The notes under the pieces are model-generated. The model had not been told where the DNA came from, ran no database searches, and saw only the letters and a list, made by a program, of their open reading frames with translations. From a virus: a stretch of 5,605 nt of DNA. Made by a program: the position numbers and the translations under genes. This document shows, piece after piece, positions 1 to 5,299 of this stretch. The stretch is from IMG/VR virus record IMGVR_UViG_3300011730_000006, positions 1-5,605 of that record. The stretch is one strand, 5' to 3'. Positions within the stretch are counted from its first letter, which is position 1. Every line of letters begins with the position of its first letter.

Positions 1-69
1 AATTTAAATGCACTACTTCAAAAAGATAGTTTTGTTATTGATGACAATTCTTTTCAGCTTCAAAAGTAG
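1..69 (+). CDS. 3' fragment (redundant copy) of the g5p-like ssDNA-binding protein gene at 5300-5551
   Basis: In frame from base 1 it reads NLNALLQKDSFVIDDNSFQLQK then stop. This is the same sequence as 5483-5551. Confidence 0.9.
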   Translation, partial: NLNALLQKDSFVIDDNSFQLQK

Positions 70-123
70 GTTTTAAAAAATGGCATATGTCTGTGAAGTT
101 TTAGACGCTGCACAAGCCTGTGT
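1..123. repeat. Terminal overlap (left copy) from reading past the circular junction
   Basis: By eye, the 123-nt string aatttaaatgcactacttc...cacaagcctgtgt is identical to 5483-5605. Confidence 0.95.
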
Positions 124-265
124 CCAATGGGTTGAACAGGTAACTCTACTTGAGCAACTCGCAATAACTAAAACGCAGATGGCACAACTGGGGGCACCAA
201 TTATTGGTATTTACGGCTTAATCATCGCGTTTGCAATGTTCAATAACTTTTCTAAGAGGGCATGA
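80..265 (+). CDS. Small membrane protein, candidate minor coat protein (g7p/g9p-position analogue), 61 aa
   Basis: It lies between the ssDNA-binding gene and the major coat gene. The C-terminal hydrophobic segment APIIGIYGLIIAFAMF is followed by a basic tail SKRA. Its TGA stop overlaps the ATG at 262 (ATGA), suggesting translational coupling. No clear SD site is visible. Confidence 0.5.
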   Translation: MAYVCEVLDAAQACVQWVEQVTLLEQLAITKTQMAQLGAPIIGIYGLIIAFAMFNNFSKRA

Positions 266-267
266 AA

Positions 268-525
268 ATGTCAAATCAACTAGCTGTACAAGAAAAACGT
301 GGTGTTTTAACTCTGCGTAATGTTTCAACTTATGGTCTTGGTGCAACAATCGGCGGTGCTATGGCCCTTGCACCTGCTGCTAATGCTGAATCTGTTCTCG
401 ATTTCGCCGGTGCATCAGGTGAATTAGACGGTGTTAAAACTGCTGTTGTCGGAATTATCGGCACGTTAGTTGTTCTTATCGGCATAGGTATTGCCTGGTC
501 TTACTTTAAACGTACTGCCAAGTAA
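268..525 (+). CDS. Major coat protein (g8p-like) precursor
   Basis: The leader ends in an AxA cleavage motif (APAANA/ES). The predicted mature peptide of about 45 aa has an acidic N-terminus (E,D,E,D), a hydrophobic core AVVGIIGTLVVLIGIGIAW and a basic C-terminus SYFKRTAK, the classic inovirus coat architecture. The SD site GAGG at 256-259 is well spaced for ATG 268. The ORF-track ATG at 262 is only 2 nt from it. Confidence 0.85.
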   Translation: MSNQLAVQEKRGVLTLRNVSTYGLGATIGGAMALAPAANAESVLDFAGASGELDGVKTAVVGIIGTLVVLIGIGIAWSYFKRTAK

Positions 526-532
526 TGCAGAT

Positions 533-561
533 AAATGCCTCCGCTTGGGGGCATTTTTATT
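533..561 (+). terminator. Rho-independent terminator downstream of the major coat gene
   Basis: A 10-bp stem aaatgcctcc / gggggcattt (one G-U pair) has a GCTT loop at 543-546 and is followed by ttTTaTT. The same placement is known for the strong terminator after gVIII in Ff phages. Confidence 0.8.
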
Positions 562-571
562 GGGGTGAAAT

Positions 572-652
572 ATGGAAGAAGCATCAATCTTATACTGGAT
601 TCCGTTGGTGGTTACATGGGTCGCATTACATCTTTTAGCAAGCAAGTTGTAA
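572..652 (+). CDS. Hypothetical 26-aa hydrophobic peptide MEEASILYWIPLVVTWVALHLLASKL (not in ORF track)
   Basis: ATG 572 is preceded by GGGGTG at 562-567. It has one predicted transmembrane (TM) segment and a size comparable to Ff g7p/g9p (32-33 aa). It overlaps the start of the g3p-like gene in another frame. This is speculative. Confidence 0.25.
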   Translation: MEEASILYWIPLVVTWVALHLLASKL

Positions 653-1911
653 AAGTTCTAATCTGCTTTTGTCTTGTTTACATACCTTTTTTTGCGAATG
701 CTGCAAGTCTTGGCGGTTGGTCTCTTGGTTCTCCAGTAGCTTCCGGCGCTTCCGCAATCGTCAATGGAACAAAAGAAATCATTTTGAATGGTGCATCTAA
801 AATTGCAAAAGGCACTGCAAAAATAACACCGAATGCTTCACAAGTTGCAAATGTACTTAAACGTGGTGCAGCCGGTTATGCGCTTTCTGTCGCTGTAGAA
901 CAGCTTTTGGGTGCAGTCGATTGGGTTTTAGATCCGGCGAATAATCAGATTGTTTATACAAAGCCTTCTGATTTACCAGCGCCTAATGGCGCTTTCGTCT
1001 GGATTTGGGCGGGCTGCTCAAGTTATCAAGCATGTACGGTCGAGGGTATTATAGGTTCTACACCACAGGCTGCTTGTCAAAAATGGGCTGATGCACGTCA
1101 ACCCCTCACTGTATCTAGAACTATTTCAATGTCAGAAATTCGAGCTAGATGTATCTTTAGTGATAATACACAGCAAGATGTACAACGTGTTGCAAACCCT
1201 GCTTATGATCCGGACGCAGAAGATCAGAAGAAAACATTACCGCTTGAAACTGTAGCTCAAAAAGTAATTTCGAATGCTGCCGGCGGTGATGTATCAGCAC
1301 AACAAGCAATTACTGCTGCTGCACAAGATGTAATTAATGAAGCAGAAAATGACAGTGTTAAAGCTGCTCCAATTGTTCAGCAGCTAGAAGCATCAAAAGC
1401 AATTGAAGCTGAAAATACGGCAACTGGTGAACAGACACAAAACCCTGATAAACCCAATGTCACAAACATAAAGTTAGAATTTCCAGCTTTCTGCGGCTGG
1501 GCACCGCTTGTCTGCGAAGCTGCACAAACTGTAATTTCATTTCCGATTACTCTGACGAGTTGGTGGAATACAGTAAATCAATGGTGGCTTACACTTAATG
1601 AAAAAGCTGATCGATGGGCACGATCTATTAGTGAAGCTTGGTCTGAATTTAATGACACACCACCAAAAAATGAAGATACAGAACTCGAAATCGAACAGCC
1701 TGAAATTGAAGTAGATACAGACATAAATTTCGGCGGTGCTTGTCCATCTCCTCTTTCAACATCGTTCTCCATGTTTGGAAGCACACATACTATGGAATTT
1801 TCATTCGATCCAGTTTGTGAAATTGCTTCTTTTATAAAACCCGTTGTTGTTTCTATTTCTGCATTTAGTGCTGCACTCATTATTGGTGGCATCAGAACGG
1901 AGGATGACTAA
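616..1911 (+). CDS. Adsorption/minor coat protein (g3p-like), 431 aa from ATG 616
   Basis: It is the large gene immediately after the major coat gene. From ATG 616 (SD site GGTGG at 606-610) there is a signal peptide MGRITSFSKQVVKVLICFCLVYIPFFANA/AS. It has Cys-containing N- and C-terminal domains joined by an Ala/Gln/Glu-rich linker. The C-terminal hydrophobic anchor VVVSISAFSAALIIGGI is followed by RTEDD. The ORF-track start at 535 lies inside the terminator stem. Confidence 0.7.
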   Translation: MGRITSFSKQVVKVLICFCLVYIPFFANAASLGGWSLGSPVASGASAIVNGTKEIILNGASKIAKGTAKITPNASQVANVLKRGAAGYALSVAVEQLLGAVDWVLDPANNQIVYTKPSDLPAPNGAFVWIWAGCSSYQACTVEGIIGSTPQAACQKWADARQPLTVSRTISMSEIRARCIFSDNTQQDVQRVANPAYDPDAEDQKKTLPLETVAQKVISNAAGGDVSAQQAITAAAQDVINEAENDSVKAAPIVQQLEASKAIEAENTATGEQTQNPDKPNVTNIKLEFPAFCGWAPLVCEAAQTVISFPITLTSWWNTVNQWWLTLNEKADRWARSISEAWSEFNDTPPKNEDTELEIEQPEIEVDTDINFGGACPSPLSTSFSMFGSTHTMEFSFDPVCEIASFIKPVVVSISAFSAALIIGGIRTEDD

Positions 1912-2189
1912 TGTGGTCAAAACTTGCTGATCTTTTTACGTCACTTCAAAAGGGTACTTTAAAAAATGTTCTTACTGGTGCCGGCTTAATGCTAGGTACT
2001 AACGCTATATTTTTAACGACGTTTTCTGCTGCTGTGAATGCATTAAAAAACTCTGTTAATTCAGTTTCAGTCGATGTTCTATCGCTTGCTCATATAGCAG
2101 GTTTCGACATAGCTATGTCACTCATCTTGGGTGCAATTGTCACCCGACTAACCATGAATTCTTCAAAATTGGTATTAAGAAAACAGTAG
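1911..2189 (+). CDS. Small hydrophobic minor coat protein (g6p-like), 92 aa
   Basis: It follows the g3p-like gene with a TAATG overlap. A strong SD site GGAGGA at 1899-1904 sits 6 nt upstream. Several hydrophobic segments are present (GAGLMLGTNAIFLTTFSAAV, IAGFDIAMSLILGAIV). The assignment is positional. Confidence 0.6.
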   Translation: MWSKLADLFTSLQKGTLKNVLTGAGLMLGTNAIFLTTFSAAVNALKNSVNSVSVDVLSLAHIAGFDIAMSLILGAIVTRLTMNSSKLVLRKQ

Positions 2190-2257
2190 CGACCAAAAGA
2201 CATCCGCGTCCGCTATCCCGTCGGCTCGCGCGGGTGCGGAGCGGTGTCTAGGGTCGC
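2189..2257 (+). other. GC-rich long imperfect hairpin (candidate packaging signal, minus-strand origin or attachment sequence)
   Basis: Hand-folded pairs are gcgacc(2189-2194)/ggtcgc(2252-2257), agaca(2198-2202)/tgtct(2245-2249), ccgc(2204-2207)/gcgg(2241-2244), ccgc(2210-2213)/gcgg(2236-2239) and cccg(2217-2220)/cggg(2231-2234). GC content is far above that of the neighbouring genes. Confidence 0.6.
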
Positions 2258-2273
2258 GATAGGGTAAAAAATT

Positions 2274-3713
2274 ATGTTGCATTTTATTACTGGTACACCT
2301 GGTGCGGGTAAAACTCTTTACGCTGTATCTTTAATTGTTAAATATGAAAATGAAAATGATAGGGCATTAATATATAACGCTGCTGCTATTAAACATAATC
2401 AAGAAATTATTGAGAAAAATAAACTACAGTCTTATTTTCTTTTATATACATATTTCAGTAAAAAGACTAAAAAACAAGAAACTGTTTTATTCGAACCTGA
2501 TCATTTTAATTATTTAACTGAGCAGAAAAGAACAGATAATATTTTTCTTGATATTCAGTTTTATAATGGTATCTGTAAATCTATTAAAAATGATTTAGAT
2601 ATTGATTTAAAACATTTAAAAGATGTACGTCATATATATGCCAATATTGATGGTTTAAAAGTACCTAATGTTAAACCTGCTGAAATTGATTGGCGTAAAT
2701 GTCCTGATGGTTCTATTATTTTCTATGATGAGATTCAGTTAATTCCTGAATATTCTACTGATAATAAGCAGGACAGAGAAAATATAATAAAAGAATTAAC
2801 TATTCATCGTCATCGAGCTTTTGATATATATGGAATCACTCAGTTTCCTTCCTTGGTTAATACAAATTATCGTGCTGTTGTCGGTTTACATTATCACTTG
2901 CATCGTGGCTGGGGTGCGCCTTCCGCAACAGTTTACGTTTGGGCAAATTGTCGAGATAAGCCTAATAGTCTGGGTAATAAGCTTACTGCTGAACGTGATT
3001 TTCGATTTAATTATCCTAAAAAGTTGTATCAATACTACGAATCAGCTACTGCAAATACCGTTAAGTTGCGCGTACCTCTTAAATTATTCGCAATCCTTCT
3101 TATTCCAGTGGTCGGACTTGTTATGGTTGGTAATATGCTTTTTGGTGGCGGTAATAACTTTTTCGGTACAATTTTTGGAACAAAAGAAAAAACAGCGGAA
3201 GTAAAAAAAGAAACTTCCAATGTACCTACGGAAGTGAAAAAAGAAACTTCCAATCCTGATCTACTTGCTAACTCTCTCTCAGATCTATCACAAGAATGTC
3301 GAAAGGCTATCAATTTAGAAAAGCCTGAGTGTGTTAAATGGTTTAATGATTTAACTGCTACTAATGCATCAGTTTCAAAAAATGGTGTTGTAACAGTTTC
3401 ATATAACCCTGATCGTCCTTATGACTTTCATCCAGAGCCACAAGTACAAGTTCGTGACTATCCACGTTTAACCGGATGCGCACAATTTAATGGTACTTAT
3501 CGTGCTTATGATCAGCAGGGAAATGTTATGCCTAACATCTCACAAAGTGATTGTAAGCGCTGGATGAACGGTGAAAGAACGTTTGATTATACTAGAGCGC
3601 CTATTCAAGTTAGTGCACAACCTCAACAGCCTAAGCAAGAACAACAGACTACTAAATATGATGCTGAGTTCTTAGCTAAATATCAGCAAGCTAAAGCAGA
3701 GGGCTTGATATGA
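2274..3713 (+). CDS. Zot/pI-family phage assembly ATPase, 479 aa
   Basis: It has an N-terminal Walker A motif GTPGAGKT and a Walker B motif IIFYDE. The NIDGL motif and HRHRAFDI are typical of the Zot N-terminal domain. A single TM segment LFAILLIPVVGLVMVGNMLFGG is followed by a periplasmic C-terminal domain of about 185 aa. Its position after the g6p-like gene fits inovirus gene order. Confidence 0.92.
   Translation: MLHFITGTPGAGKTLYAVSLIVKYENENDRALIYNAAAIKHNQEIIEKNKLQSYFLLYTYFSKKTKKQETVLFEPDHFNYLTEQKRTDNIFLDIQFYNGICKSIKNDLDIDLKHLKDVRHIYANIDGLKVPNVKPAEIDWRKCPDGSIIFYDEIQLIPEYSTDNKQDRENIIKELTIHRHRAFDIYGITQFPSLVNTNYRAVVGLHYHLHRGWGAPSATVYVWANCRDKPNSLGNKLTAERDFRFNYPKKLYQYYESATANTVKLRVPLKLFAILLIPVVGLVMVGNMLFGGGNNFFGTIFGTKEKTAEVKKETSNVPTEVKKETSNPDLLANSLSDLSQECRKAINLEKPECVKWFNDLTATNASVSKNGVVTVSYNPDRPYDFHPEPQVQVRDYPRLTGCAQFNGTYRAYDQQGNVMPNISQSDCKRWMNGERTFDYTRAPIQVSAQPQQPKQEQQTTKYDAEFLAKYQQAKAEGLI
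3198..3254 (+). repeat. Tandem direct repeat with 33-nt period inside the Zot-like gene (EVKKETSN twice)
   Basis: gaagtaaaaaaagaaacttccaat (3198-3221) and gaagtgaaaaaagaaacttccaat (3231-3254) differ at 1 of 24 positions. They lie just after the TM segment. Confidence 0.9.
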
Positions 3714-3726
3714 ATTACAGAATTTC

Positions 3727-3740
3727 TTTTCCTTGATTAC
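3727..3740 (+). other. Degenerate second copy of the origin nick motif (ttttcCTTGATTac)
   Basis: It shares tttt(c)cttgat with the main motif at 3871-3881, in the same orientation, 143 nt upstream. Confidence 0.4.
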
Positions 3741-3771
3741 TTACCTTAATTTACTTCTAATATTAATTTAC

Positions 3772-3846
3772 AAAATTTTCGTTCAGGGGAATTCGAGACG
3801 GGTGAGTGCGCGAACCTGCGAGAAGGCGTAGTCTACGAAAAATTTT
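3772..3846 (+). other. GC-rich structured element closed by an A/T stem (candidate single-strand origin or packaging signal)
   Basis: aaaattttcgt (3772-3782) pairs with acgaaaaatttt (3835-3846) with one bulge. The enclosed approximately 52 nt is GC-rich (gagacgggtgagtgcgcgaacctgcgagaaggcg) within an AT-rich intergenic region. Confidence 0.5.
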
Positions 3847-3867
3847 CCGTGGTTTTTGCTTCTAGAA

Positions 3868-3893
3868 TCCTTTTCTTGATAATTAAGGGATAA
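3868..3893 (+). other. Putative double-strand origin (dso) nick region, pC194/phiX174-like: tccttttCTTG/ATAattaagggataa
   Basis: It contains the CTTGATA core (3875-3881) flanked by a T-rich tract and AAGGG. As I recall it, this closely matches the pC194 origin (tcttatCTTGATAataagggtaac) and the phiX174 nick site (aCTTG/ATA). It is on the same strand as the genes and directly upstream of a Rep_1-type rep gene. Confidence 0.65.
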
Positions 3894-3948
3894 TTCCACG
3901 TTATTAAAATATGTTGTATTATATGTGTGGCAAGGGTTTCGGGCTTGT

Positions 3949-3977
3949 TTGCAAGATCAAAAAAAATCCCGTATTAT
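3949..3977 (+). promoter_or_regulatory. Sigma70-like promoter for rep: TTGCAA - 17 nt - TATTAT
   Basis: The -35 element TTGCAA is at 3949-3954 and the -10 element TATTAT at 3972-3977, with an exact 17-nt spacer. It lies 17-38 nt upstream of the candidate rep ATGs. Confidence 0.5.
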
Positions 3978-4014
3978 TCAAAGTGCTTACTCAATGAATA
4001 TATCCGGGATTTGT

Positions 4015-4998
4015 ATGTCAAATATAACAGATTTGACTGCACTGCCCAAGTTTTTTCTTGTTGACTACTCCAAAGATGACAATATCTGGGATAAACAACG
4101 GGCGACAGCTCAGGCCGTGCAGGAGATTTATCATAAGACTAGCTTCGATGCTTATCAATTTGGTTATCTTACTTTCTTTAAATATGCTCAGCGTATAGAA
4201 AAATGTTCTAATATTCTCAAATTCGGTTTTACTGATGATGAGAAATTGAAGCTTAAGCAGACTTTTTTTTGCCGTGTTCGCTATTGTCCTGTCTGCCAAT
4301 GGCGCAGATCTATGATGTGGCGTGCTCGCTTTTTTCAGATGATGCCTGAGTTACAACAGAACTATCCTACTCATCGTTGGGTATTTTTAACATTAACAGT
4401 TAAGAACTGTGATATTTCCGAACTTAGGCTAAATTTATCTAGAATGTCTAAAGCCTGGAACAAGTTTATTAAATATAAAAAACTTTCTGCTATAGATGGT
4501 TGGGTTCGTACCACTGAAGTTACTCGTTCTAAGGATGGTTCTGCTCATCCACATTTTCATTGCTTACTTATGGTAAAACCCAGTTTTTTTTCTGGTAAAA
4601 GCTATGTTAAGAACTCTGAATTTCGCGAATTATGGGCTAAAGCTTTAGAAGTTGATTATTTACCTATTACTCATGTTAAAGCTGTTAAGGGTGATTCTCC
4701 AGATAAGGCTGTTCTTGAAACTTTGAAATATAGTACTAAGCCTGATGATTTTTTTGACGATCATGATTGGTTTCGTCAGCTCACTCAGCAAACTCATAAG
4801 CTTCGTTTTGTTGCTACTGGTGGAATTCTTAAAGGTTGTCTTAAGAATGAAGATGATATAACTAATGAGGATATGATTAATACTGAAGGTGAAACTGAGG
4901 ATGATACAGATAAAAGACGCCTTGCATTTTTTTATAATGATGATTTAAGACGTTATCATCGTGCTCCAAATTATGATGAAAATATAGATGATGATTAA
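4015..4998 (+). CDS. rep: Rolling-circle replication initiator, Rep_1 (pC194/pUB110) family HUH endonuclease
   Basis: The conserved motifs appear in order: the Cys cluster CRVRYCPVCQWRR, motif 1 FLTLTV, the HUH motif HPHFHCLL (4546-4560 encodes HPHFH), and the catalytic Tyr motif LETLKYSTK (Tyr codon 4729-4731). The start is uncertain. ATG 4015 has a weak GGGA SD site, ATG 3994 is also possible, and the track's GTG at 3925 overlaps the predicted promoter. Confidence 0.9.
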   Translation: MSNITDLTALPKFFLVDYSKDDNIWDKQRATAQAVQEIYHKTSFDAYQFGYLTFFKYAQRIEKCSNILKFGFTDDEKLKLKQTFFCRVRYCPVCQWRRSMMWRARFFQMMPELQQNYPTHRWVFLTLTVKNCDISELRLNLSRMSKAWNKFIKYKKLSAIDGWVRTTEVTRSKDGSAHPHFHCLLMVKPSFFSGKSYVKNSEFRELWAKALEVDYLPITHVKAVKGDSPDKAVLETLKYSTKPDDFFDDHDWFRQLTQQTHKLRFVATGGILKGCLKNEDDITNEDMINTEGETEDDTDKRRLAFFYNDDLRRYHRAPNYDENIDDD

Positions 4999-5018
4999 AG
5001 GGGCTTTAGCCCCTTTTT
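4997..5018. terminator. Bidirectional rho-independent terminator between convergent rep and the minus-strand regulator gene
   Basis: aaaGGGGC-ttta-GCCCCttttt forms a 5-bp G/C stem (5000-5004 with 5009-5013) flanked by an A-run and a T-run. It is therefore functional in both orientations. Confidence 0.8.
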
Positions 5019-5181
5019 AATTTTCAAATAAACTTTGTTGTTTTTCTCTTTTTAACTGCTCTGATAAAAATAATCTAAACATTTTATTTAATTCTCTATT
5101 ACTACGTAATTGTAGTAATTGTTCTGCTTCTTTTGGATATGATTTGGGATCGATTTTAATATTTGCTTGAATATATCTCAT
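5017..5181 (-). CDS. 54-aa putative transcriptional regulator, RHH-like (not in ORF track)
   Basis: The hand translation is MRYIQANIKIDPKSYPKEAEQLLQLRSNRELNKMFRLFLSEQLKREKQQSLFEN. The SD site GAGGG (plus-strand 5189-5193) is 7 nt upstream of the ATG (5181-5179). The pattern of a short N-terminal beta-strand (YIQANIKI), helix, turn (RSN) and helix fits the RHH fold. It is the only minus-strand gene and is divergent from the ssDNA-binding/structural operon, like the repressors of temperate inoviruses. Confidence 0.55.
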   Translation of the reverse strand: MRYIQANIKIDPKSYPKEAEQLLQLRSNRELNKMFRLFLSEQLKREKQQSLFEN

Positions 5182-5203
5182 TACTTTGCCCTCATATAAT
5201 AGC

Positions 5204-5263
5204 TTTCTATTCTATTATATTAACAACCTCTTTTAAACAAAAATAAATTAAATAGAATAGAAA
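5204..5263. promoter_or_regulatory. Divergent control region with a 13-bp perfect inverted repeat (putative operators)
   Basis: tttctattctatt (5204-5216) and aatagaatagaaa (5251-5263) are exact reverse complements. Each arm contains a tandem pentamer (TCTAT x2). A minus-strand TATAAT (plus-strand 5214-5219) overlaps the left arm. The region lies between the divergent regulator gene and the ssDNA-binding gene. Confidence 0.55.
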
Positions 5264-5299
5264 ATATAACAAAGCAGTAATATTAAATGAGGAATCTGC

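Noticed and set aside
535-615. N-terminal extension of the g3p-like ORF in the track (start ATG 535, MPPLGGIFIGVKYGRS...)
   Set aside because: ATG 535 lies inside the stem of the post-coat terminator hairpin and has no SD site. The signal peptide begins only after Met28 (ATG 616), which has a GGTGG SD site.
1578-1892. 104-aa minus-strand ORF antisense to the g3p-like gene
   Set aside because: It is fully nested antisense in a well-supported gene. It has no SD site or promoter context, a Ser-rich low-complexity translation, and inovirus structural operons are single-stranded in polarity.
2821-3204. 127-aa strongly hydrophobic ORF overprinted in another frame of the Zot-like gene
   Set aside because: Its hydrophobicity is the expected artefact of a T-rich alternative frame. 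No SD site precedes the ATG, and it spans the conserved Zot core. It would need conservation or ribosome-profiling evidence.
3035-3313. 92-aa minus-strand ORF antisense to the Zot-like gene
   Set aside because: It is nested antisense and its repetitive translation (EVSFFTS x2) simply mirrors the tandem repeat on the coding strand. No translation signals are present.
3895-3930. Possible dif-like XerCD attP site (attaaaatatgttgtattatatgtg), and ttatgttgcat at 2272-2282
   Set aside because: By eye only about 5/11 and 7/11 matches to the XerC and XerD arms of the E. coli-type dif consensus, in AT-rich sequence where such matches are expected by chance. The second candidate has no XerC arm. No integration site can be supported.
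3911-3997. 28-aa + strand ORF (MLYYMCGKGFGLVCKIKKNPVLFKVLTQ) upstream of rep
   Set aside because: It has no SD site and it overlaps the predicted rep promoter, so it would lie upstream of the transcription start.
3925-4014. GTG-initiated 5' extension of the rep ORF
   Set aside because: It overlaps a good TTGCAA-17-TATTAT promoter (3949-3977) and the origin-proximal region. No SD site is present, and the downstream ATGs at 3994 and 4015 are more plausible. This is not proven.
4018-4299. 93-aa minus-strand ORF antisense to rep
   Set aside because: It is nested antisense in the well-supported rep gene, has an AT-rich low-complexity translation, and has no SD site.
5098-5119. Palindrome attactac-gtaatt-gtagtaat inside the regulator ORF
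   Set aside because: It is only 8-bp arms in AT-rich coding sequence, which cannot be distinguished from chance or from codon constraints without comparative data.
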